Source: Pseudomonadota bacterium
Lineage (GTDB): Bacteria; Pseudomonadota; Alphaproteobacteria; Sphingomonadales; Sphingomonadaceae
Assembly: GCA_040390085.1 (NCBI GenBank)
Contig: JAZJZB010000074.1
Location: forward strand, 1,720 to 53,789
DNA length: 52,070 nucleotides
Direction: 5' to 3'
Made by a program: the position numbers and the translations under genes. Below the pieces are notes generated by a model that saw only the letters and a program-made list of their open reading frames with translations, made no database searches and was not told the origin of the DNA. Below are positions 31,280-40,332 of the stretch, piece after piece. Within the stretch, counting starts at the first letter, position 1. The number at the start of each line of letters is the position of its first letter.

Positions 31280-33754
31280 ATGGTGCGCCTGATGAAGCCG
31301 AGCCCGCTGGCGCTGCTGGCCGCCGCGGCCTATCTCACTCCCTCGCTGACGATCGCGCAGCCGACAACCATGGCGACCGCGCATCCCACCCGTTGGCCCT
31401 CGGCGCATAGCCCGACCGCAATCACCGATCCCACCACCGAGCGCATGATCGGCAGGCTGATCGCGCGGATGACGCTCGAGCAGAAGGTCGGCCAGCTGAT
31501 CCAGGCGGACATCAGCACGATCACCCCTGCCGACTTGGAGGCATATCCGCTCGGGTCGATCCTGGCCGGCGGTAATAGTGGCCCCTACGGCAATGAGCGC
31601 GCCAGCGCCGCAGATTGGCACCGCCTGGTTGACGAGTATCGAGCTGCCTCGCGGCGGGCCAGGGCAACCGGCGTCGCCATTCCTATCCTGTTCGGCGTCG
31701 ATGCTGTTCACGGCCACAGCAATTTGCCGGGCGCGACGATATTCCCGCACAATATCGGGCTCGGCGCGGCGCACGATCCCGCGCTGATCCGGCGCATCGG
31801 CGAAGCGACCGCGGACGAGGTCTCCGCCAGCGGAATCGAATGGACGTTCGCGCCGACGCTCGCGGTGCCGCAGGACCTTCGCTGGGGCCGAAGCTACGAA
31901 GGCTATTCGTCGGATCCGGCGCTTGTCGCCAGCTATGCCCGGGCGATGGTTACAGGCTTGCAGGGACGGTTGCGCTCCGGCGTTCCCATCGGTCTGCACC
32001 ATGTGGCGGCGACTGCGAAGCATTTTGTCGCGGACGGCGGCACTTTCCAAGGCCATGACCAAGGCGATGCGAAGATCGAGGAGGCTACGCTGATCGCCCG
32101 CCACGCGGCCGGCTATCCGGCGGCTATCGACGCCGGAGCGCTGACCGTCATGATCAGCTTTTCAAGCTGGAATGGCGTCAAGAACCACGGCAACCGAAGC
32201 CTGATCACCGACGTCCTCAAAAAACAGATGGGCTTTGACGGCCTGACTGTCGGCGACTGGAATGGTCATGGCCAGGTCGCCGGCTGCACGGTCACCGACT
32301 GCGCCCCGGCGGTGAACGCGGGCCTCGATCTCTTCATGGCGCCCGACAGCTGGAAGGGCCTGTATTCGAGCCTGCTTCGCGAGGCCCAGTCCGGCACGGT
32401 GCCGGTGACTCGCATCGACGACGCGGTTCGGCGGATCCTGCGGGTCAAGGCCAAGCTCGGTCTCCTGCAGCCCGGGTTCGAGAAGCGCTTGGACGCGAGC
32501 CGAATCGGCTCGCCCGCGCATCTCGCGCTGGCCCGTGAAGCCATCGCGAAATCGCTGGTGCTGCTCAAGAACAACGGGTCGACGCTGCCGATACGGCCAG
32601 GCGCCAACGTCCTTGTCAGCGGCGCCGGAGCGGACAGCATTTCGATGCAATCGGGCGGCTGGACGATCAGCTGGCAGGGCAGCGACACCACCAACGCCGA
32701 TTTCCCGAACGGCCAAACGATCTATTCGGCACTGGCCGAAGCGGTGAATGAAGCTGGCGGCAAGGCGGCCCTTTCCCCAGATGGAAGCTTTGTCGCGAAG
32801 CCCGATGTCGCCGTCGTCGTCTTCGGAGAAAAGCCCTATGCCGAGTTCCTCGGCGACGTTCCGACGCTGGCCTATCAGCCGGGTGACCAACGCGACCTGG
32901 CGTTGCTGCGGAAACTGAAGGCCGACGGCATCCCCGTAGTTTCAATATTCCTTTCCGGCCGGCCGATGTTCGTCTCCGCCGAAATCAATGCGTCGGACGC
33001 CTTCGTTGCGGCTTGGCTTCCTGGCACCCAAGGGCGGGGCATCGCGGATGTGTTGGTAGCCCGCGCGAACGGCCACTCCCGCCGCGATTTCACTGGAAAG
33101 CTGTCGTTCCCATGGCCCGCTGACGCCCGATCGCCGATCAATGCGCCGCTGTTCCCGCGCGGCTACGGGCTAAGTTACGAGCAGGGAAAAACCGTGCCGC
33201 AATTGTCGGAGAATCCGCGCCTGGACCTCGCGGCCGCCGTCGACATCGACCATTTGCTCGTGGCCGGGCGCGCCGCGGGCCCGTGGGGGCTTAACCTCAC
33301 CGATTCCGGCGGCGGCCGGTTTGTCTCAGGCAGCACCGCGACGAGCCTCGAGGGAGCGATCGCCATGAGCCCCGTGGACCTGTCGGCGCAGGAAGATGGC
33401 CGCCGCTTTCGCTGGGCCGGGCCGGCGAGCCTCTCGATCGATGGTAGTCCGGCAGACTTCAGGCGTGAGTTGAACAATGCTTTCGCAATTCGGCTCGATT
33501 TGATGGTGACGTCCATCGCGAGCCCGATCCGTCTGTCCTTTGGAGGCAAGTCGGTCGACATCTCCAGCATCCTGCTGGCGGTTCCGTCCGGCAAGTTGGC
33601 GACGGTCAAAGTCCCGCTGCGCTGCTTCGCCGACGACGGCGCGCCGGTGGATGCCGTCACCACGCCATTGAAGCTCGAGGCAGACAAGGGAACAGACTTG
33701 GCGATCCGATCGGCGAGCGTTGAGGCTGTCGGAGAGCCTCTTCCTTGCTCCTGA
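31280..33754 (+). CDS. Glycoside hydrolase family 3 (exported beta-glucosidase / exo-1,3-1,4-glucanase type) with C-terminal beta-sandwich domain
   Basis: MTLEQKVGQ, GVDAVHG, RWGRSYEG, AKHF, nucleophile in VGDW, GEKPYAE. SD GAGGGG before ATG 31280. Confidence 0.93.
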   Translation: MVRLMKPSPLALLAAAAYLTPSLTIAQPTTMATAHPTRWPSAHSPTAITDPTTERMIGRLIARMTLEQKVGQLIQADISTITPADLEAYPLGSILAGGNSGPYGNERASAADWHRLVDEYRAASRRARATGVAIPILFGVDAVHGHSNLPGATIFPHNIGLGAAHDPALIRRIGEATADEVSASGIEWTFAPTLAVPQDLRWGRSYEGYSSDPALVASYARAMVTGLQGRLRSGVPIGLHHVAATAKHFVADGGTFQGHDQGDAKIEEATLIARHAAGYPAAIDAGALTVMISFSSWNGVKNHGNRSLITDVLKKQMGFDGLTVGDWNGHGQVAGCTVTDCAPAVNAGLDLFMAPDSWKGLYSSLLREAQSGTVPVTRIDDAVRRILRVKAKLGLLQPGFEKRLDASRIGSPAHLALAREAIAKSLVLLKNNGSTLPIRPGANVLVSGAGADSISMQSGGWTISWQGSDTTNADFPNGQTIYSALAEAVNEAGGKAALSPDGSFVAKPDVAVVVFGEKPYAEFLGDVPTLAYQPGDQRDLALLRKLKADGIPVVSIFLSGRPMFVSAEINASDAFVAAWLPGTQGRGIADVLVARANGHSRRDFTGKLSFPWPADARSPINAPLFPRGYGLSYEQGKTVPQLSENPRLDLAAAVDIDHLLVAGRAAGPWGLNLTDSGGGRFVSGSTATSLEGAIAMSPVDLSAQEDGRRFRWAGPASLSIDGSPADFRRELNNAFAIRLDLMVTSIASPIRLSFGGKSVDISSILLAVPSGKLATVKVPLRCFADDGAPVDAVTTPLKLEADKGTDLAIRSASVEAVGEPLPCS

Positions 33755-33829
33755 GCCGCTCAAGGGTTCGGCGCATCCGCCTCGGTACTGGCGGCCTGAT
33801 TCAGGAAATCGTTTATTTTCAACGCCGGC

Positions 33830-33846
33830 GGCTGGTGGAGCTGAGG
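33830..33846. repeat. att copy 2 of the tRNA-Ala 3' end (17-bp direct repeat)
   Basis: GGCTGGTGGAGCTGAGG = 52016-52032. Confidence 0.92.
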
Positions 33847-34000
33847 TCTGTATTGTTAGCGTCTCAGGACAACCCGAGACGTCCCTAAGCCTTTGAGTTT
33901 GCTCAATTCACGTTATCTCCTTCGTCTCGGCGAGTCCTGCACAATCCCACTGCAGCCGCGTGTGCTCGTGGGATCAAATGAGGGACGAGGAGGTTAGATT

Positions 34001-35164
34001 GTGCTTACCGCAATCGAAGCAAAAAATGCCAAGCCTGGCCGCCACGCGGACGGTGGTGGCCTGTACTTATTGGTTCGGCCAAGCGGGTCACGATCGTGGG
34101 TCTTGCGGGCCCAGACGGACGGGAAACGGCAGGATTTCGGCATCGGGTCGGCAGCAACCGTATCCTTGGCGCAGGCGCGCGTCCGGGCGGCGGAGATGCG
34201 GGCAAGGCTTAAGTCTGGGCGTGAGGTCAGGCCCGCGTCACTAGGCCCTAAACCAGCGGCTCCGACTTTCGCGGAAGCCGCCCGTGAATGCCACCGGGCG
34301 ATCAAGGGCGGGTGGCGGAATCGCCGACACTCCGATTCGTGGCTGGCCTCGCTGGAGAATCACATTTTTCCGCACATCGGTGCAGTCCCGGTCGACGAAG
34401 TTAGCAGCGGGATGGTGCGGGACGCGCTCGCCCCGATCTGGCTCACCATTCCAGAAACGGCCAGGCGCAGCCTTCAGCGTGTACGAACAGTGCTCGATTA
34501 TTCGCACATCATGGGCTGGTGCCCACACGAGGCCTCGCTCCGGTCAGTTCCGAAGGGCCTGCCTCGACAGCCGGTTGAAGAGAACCATTTCGTGGCCATG
34601 CACTACATGGAAGTCCCTGACCTGGTACGGCGTCTTACTACGTTGCCGGAGTCGGCCGGCCGCGATGCTCTCCTGTTTACGATCTATAACGCGGTACGTT
34701 CGGGCGAGACGCGCCTGGCGACTTGGCCCGAAATCGATTTGGATGCCGCAATCTGGTCCATCCCTGCAATGCGCATGAAGATGCGCCAGCAGCATGTTGT
34801 CCCGCTCTCTCCCGCGGCGGTTGCGGTCCTCCGGCGCCGCTGGCCGCTCCGCGCCTCCGATGACGGTCTTGTCTTTTCAACGCATGGAACGAAGCCGCTC
34901 AGCGACATGACCATGACGAAGGTCTTGAGAGACCTCGGCTTGGCAAAGATTACTGTCCACGGCTTCCGCAGCAGCTTCACGGACTGGGCCGCGGAACGAA
35001 CGAACTTCCCCACGGCGGTTGTCGACAAAGCGCTAGCGCACAAGCTCGTTGATCGCGTGGAGGCGGCCTACCGTCGAACCGACTTCGTTGAGAAACGGCG
35101 CCAGCTAATGGCCGCTTGGATGCGCTTCCTTGGCGCATGTCATGATTGGCGGATCGCGGCTTAA
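34001..35164 (+). CDS. P4-like tyrosine integrase
   Basis: DGGGLYL arm-binding domain. Catalytic R (VRSGE), K, HGFR, LAH and Y (AAYRR). Confidence 0.95.
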   Translation: MLTAIEAKNAKPGRHADGGGLYLLVRPSGSRSWVLRAQTDGKRQDFGIGSAATVSLAQARVRAAEMRARLKSGREVRPASLGPKPAAPTFAEAARECHRAIKGGWRNRRHSDSWLASLENHIFPHIGAVPVDEVSSGMVRDALAPIWLTIPETARRSLQRVRTVLDYSHIMGWCPHEASLRSVPKGLPRQPVEENHFVAMHYMEVPDLVRRLTTLPESAGRDALLFTIYNAVRSGETRLATWPEIDLDAAIWSIPAMRMKMRQQHVVPLSPAAVAVLRRRWPLRASDDGLVFSTHGTKPLSDMTMTKVLRDLGLAKITVHGFRSSFTDWAAERTNFPTAVVDKALAHKLVDRVEAAYRRTDFVEKRRQLMAAWMRFLGACHDWRIAA

Positions 35165-35209
35165 TTTTTTGGGTGGCCTTAGGGAAAATACGGATTAACA
35201 CTACGTTTG

Positions 35210-36274
35210 TCAGCGTGCCGAATTGACATGAACCCCTTCATCATGGCGTTGACCGGCGAGCGAGGCAGTTATCGGCCCGTCGGCTTGTGCGTGTCCGAAC
35301 TGAATGGTCACCCCGTCAAGTGCGGGCATGTGATCGTGAAGCGACTGTCGAAGCTCTGCTGCAATTTCGCTCGCTCGCGATACTGACATCTGGTCATCGA
35401 CCTGCACGGTCAATTCTGCTCGCAATTTGTGCCCGAGCCAGCGCGCTCTGGCATCGACGACCTGCTTCACGCCGGAGACATGCCCGGCGGCGTGCGCAAT
35501 CTCGTCGCGGATCGACGGATCGACGCCATCGAGGCTTCGTGTGAACACCGCTTTGGCGGACTGCCAGACGATACCGAAGATGGCGATCGTGATCAGGAGG
35601 CCGACAATCGGGTCTGCCAGCGGGAACCCGAACCAGACGCCGGCAGCGCCGAGCACGACCGCAAGACTGGTGAGTCCGTCGGTCCGTGCGTGATAGCCAT
35701 CGGCGATCAGCGCCGCGCTGTTCATTGCGCGGCCCACGCGAATACGGAACACTGCCACGGCTTCATTGCCGACGAATCCGACGAAACCGGCTATCGCTAC
35801 CGCCAACAGGTTGGTGATCTGGCGGGGGTTGATCAGGCGGTCGATCGCCATGTACGCGGCGACCAGCGCGCTGAACAGGATTATCGCCACGATCAGAATA
35901 CCTGCGAGGTCCTCCACTCTTCCGAGGCCGTAGTTGAATGTCCGCGACGGCTTTCGACGTGCCAGCACAAACGCGAACCATAAGGGAATTGCCGTCGTCG
36001 CGTCGCCGATATTGTGGATCGTGTCGGCGAGGAGCGCGACGCTGCCCGTCAAATAGACGACTGCAAGCTGGATCGCTGAGGTGATCGCCAGAATCACGAA
36101 CGACCATTTGATCGCCCAGATGCCCCGCTCGGTTGAGGCGAGGCTTGCATCGATCACGCCGTGCGTATGACCGTGCGGGCCGCCGCCGTGGCCATGGCCT
36201 TTATGGTCATGATCGTGCCCGCGAGCGAATTGCCGATCGCCTAACCCGAACCAGTCCTTGAACCTGCTGAACAT
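35210..36274 (-). CDS. Cation diffusion facilitator with His-rich N-terminus
   Basis: SVALLADTIHNIGD, YGLGRVEDLAG, ADGYHARTD. Confidence 0.92.
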   Translation of the reverse strand: MFSRFKDWFGLGDRQFARGHDHDHKGHGHGGGPHGHTHGVIDASLASTERGIWAIKWSFVILAITSAIQLAVVYLTGSVALLADTIHNIGDATTAIPLWFAFVLARRKPSRTFNYGLGRVEDLAGILIVAIILFSALVAAYMAIDRLINPRQITNLLAVAIAGFVGFVGNEAVAVFRIRVGRAMNSAALIADGYHARTDGLTSLAVVLGAAGVWFGFPLADPIVGLLITIAIFGIVWQSAKAVFTRSLDGVDPSIRDEIAHAAGHVSGVKQVVDARARWLGHKLRAELTVQVDDQMSVSRASEIAAELRQSLHDHMPALDGVTIQFGHAQADGPITASLAGQRHDEGVHVNSAR

Positions 36275-36280
36275 CGCCCC

Positions 36281-36547
36281 TCACAGATATTTGGTAAGCG
36301 CCTTGAACTGGCGCAGAGCGTCTTCGCCAGACATCGCGCCACTGTTTGCAGCATCCCCTATGCAATGCTGCATATGATCCTCGACCAGCGCTCGCTTGAC
36401 CTTGCGGACGGTGCTTTCAACGGCCTGAAGCTGCTGCGCGAGTTCGATGCACGAACGATCCTCGGTTAGCATCGAAAGGATTGAATCGATGTGTCCCCGG
36501 GCCTGCGTCAGTCCGCGACGAATTTCGGGATCAGCCTGGTGTGCCAT
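36281..36547 (-). CDS. CsoR/RcnR family metal-sensing repressor (InrS/NcrB-like H-C-H-C)
   Basis: MAH..., RSCIELAQQLQAVES, DHMQHC. Confidence 0.9.
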   Translation of the reverse strand: MAHQADPEIRRGLTQARGHIDSILSMLTEDRSCIELAQQLQAVESTVRKVKRALVEDHMQHCIGDAANSGAMSGEDALRQFKALTKYL

Positions 36548-36548
36548 A

Positions 36549-36582
36549 ACCCCTCCCTACCCCCTAGGGGGGAGGGGGTCAA
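36549..36582 (-). promoter_or_regulatory. Promoter/operator of the repressor-CDF operon
   Basis: C-tract/G-tract palindrome CCCCCTAGGGGG. Minus strand TTGACC-N17-TAGGGA, 6 nt before the ATG. Confidence 0.7.
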
Positions 36583-36717
36583 GCTCAACAACGTCATGAA
36601 GTCAGGCTTTCGAGCACAAAGCGTCTGGTTAAGTTGACCTCATTTCCGCTTTAACCGATTGTGGACGGTTGAATGGCCGCAAGGCAACGATCCGGCAAAG
36701 CACCGCCCCATCGCCCC

Positions 36718-39552
36718 CTATCGCCCCAGTCCGCGGCCTCTCCCCCATCCGATCCAGTCCGGCAACGAGTGCGAAAGTGGCCGCTCCATAAATGGTGGCA
36801 TCCCTAGTTCGCTGTGCCGTCGCCGCAGGAGCGACTCTAGCTGCGGGTCGCGTTCCAGGCTCTTTGCAAGTCCGGTCATTTGAGCGGCAATCCGCTGAGC
36901 TCCGCGCTCATCGCCGCGTCGCTCGTGAAGCTCGTGCCGATCTCCAAGCTGGCGCCACGTCTTCACAAAATGATCAGCGCGGAACTTCGGCTCCGTTCGG
37001 TATCGGCGCTCCCACTCCATGCCACGAATGGCGTTAGCAGATTGGCCGGCTGCGGCATCCTCCAGCAGGCCCATGTCGCGCACGAACGCTGCCCGGAGGT
37101 CTCGGGCGGCGTTCGGCCGCACCGCATCTACTCCCGCCCGCGCTGCGTCGAATGCAGCGCGCTGCTGCGTATTCTCTGCGCGCCCCTGCTCGCGCATCCG
37201 AACGATATCGCTGGTTGCGCGGGCAAACCGCACGACCGCTTCGTGGAGGCGCCGATGCGGTGCATCGGAAGGGCTTCTAGAATCCTGCAGGTCGAACAGA
37301 CCGAGCTGCCGCGCCGGGCCAGTTGACGCAGGCACGATGATCGCTCTCCGGTCGGCGAAGTCGCGCGTGTAGTCGGTCGTTGCGTCCTTCTGCCGTTCGC
37401 GGGACAAGGTACGCGTCAGCTGGTCGCGATCGGAAAAGTCGTCGACTCCGTAGTGAAGCTGCACGCTCTCCCGATGCCGTGACAAAGCGACGTAGGCTGC
37501 GTGCCGGTCGAGGCCAGGAGTCGCAAGGACGTAGCCTCGATCGACCGTGGCACCCTGTGCCTTGTGGATCGTTGCGGCGTAGCCGTGGTCGACCTCGGCA
37601 TAGTCCTTCAGGTCGAACGCGACCGCGCGACCGTCGTCCAACTGCACGGCCATTCGGACGGCAGTGACGCTTTCGACCCGCCCGAGTGAGCCGTTCTTCA
37701 CGCCCAGGCTGCGCTCGTTCTTGAGGAACATGAGGCGGTCGCCGGCCGCGAACGCTCTCTCTCCGCGACCGGTTCTGACGGTGACTTCCTCGCCGAGCTC
37801 GCCTGCTTCGCGCAATCGATCGCGCGCCAGGGCGTTGAGCTGCTGCACCTCGTCCCGCGTGTGGCTGAGGATCAGCGTGGAAGAGCGCGGGTTGTCCTTG
37901 CGATCACGCTCCCACTGGCCGATCAGTGCGGATCGCGCTTCGTTGCGGTCTTGCGCGGCCAGGATGGAGCCCCGCTCCTCATATGCCCGGATCGCCTCCG
38001 CGGTGCGGCCAGTCGCCAGCTGCCGAGTGGCGGCGCGCTGCCAGTCCTCAAGCTGGCGGCGGACCTCGGTCACCTCAATTGCGCCATGTCGCTCGGCGAT
38101 TGAGCGGAATGCTGCGCCAGCTTCGATTGCCTGGAGCTGTTCGGGATCGCCGACCAGCACCAGCTTCGCGCCGCGCTTCTCCGCTTCCGACACAATCCGT
38201 TCCATCTGGCGCGAGCCGATCATGCCGGCTTCGTCGATGACGAGCACATCCTTGGGCGTGAGCTGCTCGCGGCCTTGCGACCATTGATGCTCGAGACTCG
38301 CAATTGTGCGCGATGCGATGCCCGAACCGCTTTCCAGATTTTCAGCCGCAATGCCGGAAAGGGCGAGCCCTTGCACGCGATAGCCGGCTTCCTCCCAAGC
38401 TTCGCGCGCGCCGCCGAGGAGAGCGGATTTCCCCGTGCCCGCATAGCCAACAATGCTGGCAAGATCGCCGCTGCGGGTGACGTGCCTAAGCGCGGCCTGC
38501 TGTTCTACTCCCAACACCAACCCGCGCATTCCGGCGGCGGCGATCGCAGAATCGTGCGCCGCCGCCGGAATGCTGTGCGCTGATCGTCCAGCCAGCGCCG
38601 CTGTCGTCTGCTCCAGCCGCTGCTCGGTCGCGATCATTTCGCGGGAGGAAAATCGCTCCTCGCCACGCCCGTCCTTGCCTAGGAGGATGAGCTCGGGTGA
38701 AGCACGCACAGCCGCCATCGCGCGGACGAATTGCTCTTTGTCGGCGCTTTGCCGGTGAATCAACCGCGCCAAGTCGCGGATCGTGAACGTCGCTTGACTA
38801 TGGGTGATCGCTTCAAGAGCGATTTGAGGGCGGGCGATGATGCGTTCGCCATTCTGGCGCGCGATTGCCAGGTGTTCGCCGAGGCGCTCCGATGCGAGCC
38901 CTTGGCTTATCATCCGCGAGGCTGCTGGGCCGATCTTGTTCTGCGGCTCAAGGTCGATGCCCTGCGCCCCCAGGGAGCGGTGATTGATGCGAGCATCGAT
39001 GTCGAGTTCGGCCAATCGCTGATTGACGTGCTCAGCCCAGCGCTCGCGCCACTGCTGGAGAAGTTCGGCACGGTTCCAATCGCGAACCTTTGCGCCGAAG
39101 CCGCTCCCGTCCACGGCCCTCATCGTCAGCATGACGTGCGCGTGCGGCTTGGGCTCGCCGTCCGCTCCGATGTCGCGGTGGAGGTTGAGGTCGGCGATCA
39201 TGCCCGCTGCGACAAACTCGCGAGCGACAAACTCGCGCGCCAGCTCGATGCCGGCTTCCGCGGAAAGCTCGCGGGGAAGAGCAAACTCGATCTCCCGCGC
39301 GAGCTGCGCGTCCTTCCTGACCTCCGCGGCCTCGACCGCGTTCCACAGGCGCTCGCGATCGGACAGATGCTCGGGCGCACCGTCGGGCAGCATCACTTCG
39401 GAATGAACGACACCGGCCTTGTTGGAGAAGTCGTGATGACGATCTAGCCGCTCATCATTGAGCCTCGAGGCGGAGCGATAGGCGGCGGCCGCGAGTGCGC
39501 TGGAGCCGCAGCCACGGGAAATCACTTTTGCGGAAAAGTGATAGATCGCCAT
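36718..39552 (-). CDS. traA: Ti-type conjugative relaxase-helicase TraA (MOBQ)
   Basis: MAIYHF..K, AAAAYRS, H..PHAH, Walker A GYAGTGKS, IDEAGM, HGYAATIHKAQG. Confidence 0.94.
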   Translation of the reverse strand: MAIYHFSAKVISRGCGSSALAAAAYRSASRLNDERLDRHHDFSNKAGVVHSEVMLPDGAPEHLSDRERLWNAVEAAEVRKDAQLAREIEFALPRELSAEAGIELAREFVAREFVAAGMIADLNLHRDIGADGEPKPHAHVMLTMRAVDGSGFGAKVRDWNRAELLQQWRERWAEHVNQRLAELDIDARINHRSLGAQGIDLEPQNKIGPAASRMISQGLASERLGEHLAIARQNGERIIARPQIALEAITHSQATFTIRDLARLIHRQSADKEQFVRAMAAVRASPELILLGKDGRGEERFSSREMIATEQRLEQTTAALAGRSAHSIPAAAHDSAIAAAGMRGLVLGVEQQAALRHVTRSGDLASIVGYAGTGKSALLGGAREAWEEAGYRVQGLALSGIAAENLESGSGIASRTIASLEHQWSQGREQLTPKDVLVIDEAGMIGSRQMERIVSEAEKRGAKLVLVGDPEQLQAIEAGAAFRSIAERHGAIEVTEVRRQLEDWQRAATRQLATGRTAEAIRAYEERGSILAAQDRNEARSALIGQWERDRKDNPRSSTLILSHTRDEVQQLNALARDRLREAGELGEEVTVRTGRGERAFAAGDRLMFLKNERSLGVKNGSLGRVESVTAVRMAVQLDDGRAVAFDLKDYAEVDHGYAATIHKAQGATVDRGYVLATPGLDRHAAYVALSRHRESVQLHYGVDDFSDRDQLTRTLSRERQKDATTDYTRDFADRRAIIVPASTGPARQLGLFDLQDSRSPSDAPHRRLHEAVVRFARATSDIVRMREQGRAENTQQRAAFDAARAGVDAVRPNAARDLRAAFVRDMGLLEDAAAGQSANAIRGMEWERRYRTEPKFRADHFVKTWRQLGDRHELHERRGDERGAQRIAAQMTGLAKSLERDPQLESLLRRRHSELGMPPFMERPLSHSLPDWIGWGRGRGLGR

Positions 39553-39606
39553 TCCGAGTGATCGAATGCGCCTCAGGTCGTCGGCGTTACAGTGCCTCTT
39601 CGCCGC

Positions 39607-39634
39607 ACGTCGGTACGACGTATAAGCGCGCCCT
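39607..39634 (+). other. MOBQ-type origin of transfer (oriT)
   Basis: Inverted repeat ACGTCG-GTA-CGACGT followed by TAAGCGCGCCCT (RSF1010/pTi-like nic core), between divergent traA and traC. Confidence 0.88.
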
Positions 39635-39713
39635 CAAAAGAATTGATCTTTCTCGGGACGCGTTGGTCCCAAGACATTTCAACACATTGAGGCTGGTCGA
39701 TCAGCCGGATAAC

Positions 39714-39746
39714 TGAGCTGTCCTCTTACCAAAAGAGGACAGCTCA
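39714..39746 (+). promoter_or_regulatory. 14-bp perfect hairpin covering the traC ribosome binding site
   Basis: TGAGCTGTCCTCTT-ACCAA-AAGAGGACAGCTCA, followed directly by the ATG. Confidence 0.7.
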
Positions 39747-40031
39747 ATGCGCAAACCCCGGGACTACGATTCAGAACTGAAAGCGCTCGACCAAAGGGCC
39801 ACGCGACTCAAAGAGCGTAAGGTGCAGCAGCTCGGCGAACTGGTTGTCGCCTGCGGTACCGACGCGTTGTCGCCTGAGCATCTGGCCGGCGCACTCCTCG
39901 GAATTGCGGAGACAAAAGACGCCGCAACCAAGGAGGGCTGGCGCAAGCGTGGCGCAGCCTTCTTTCAACGCCCGCCACGGAAAGCTGCGGGCCATTCTGG
40001 CGGCAAATCTGAGGGCGCTTTGCCGCTGTGA
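39747..40031 (+). CDS. Relaxosome accessory protein (TraC/TraD-like)
   Basis: MRKPRDYDSELKAL...VQQLGELV, located next to oriT. Confidence 0.78.
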   Translation: MRKPRDYDSELKALDQRATRLKERKVQQLGELVVACGTDALSPEHLAGALLGIAETKDAATKEGWRKRGAAFFQRPPRKAAGHSGGKSEGALPL

Positions 40032-40089
40032 AGCCGCACGGCATCGGACGGAAGCGCAGTGCGCTCGACACGACGTTCGCGAGTGGGTC

Positions 40090-40329
40090 GTGAAGCGTCG
40101 CGAGCGCACACGCCACCTGATCGAGCTTGGCGGTCTCGTCATCAAAGCGGGCCTGGTCGAGCTCACGGATGACGATCGCGCGACCCTTTATGGCGCGTTT
40201 CTCGCGACCGCCGCGATGCTCCGAAGCGAACAGCGACAGGAAGCGCTGGTCGCCTGGCGCAGGCGGGGCAAGCGCGCGTTTGAAATTGAAGCGGAGCGAT
40301 CGAACGATGGCGCTCTGGAAGAGCGCTGA
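40090..40329 (+). CDS. traD: Conjugal transfer protein TraD-like (start uncertain)
   Basis: RRERTRHLIELGGLVIKAGL..DDRATLYGA...W..RGK.AF. Confidence 0.75.
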   Translation: MKRRERTRHLIELGGLVIKAGLVELTDDDRATLYGAFLATAAMLRSEQRQEALVAWRRRGKRAFEIEAERSNDGALEER

Positions 40330-40332
40330 GTG

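Larger units (their letters stand above)
20012..33846. mobile_element. Integrase-less genomic island A (glucoside/halogenase cluster)
   Basis: Bounded by two copies of the tRNA-Ala 3' end. Codon style visibly shifts to more A/T-ending codons. Confidence 0.65.
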
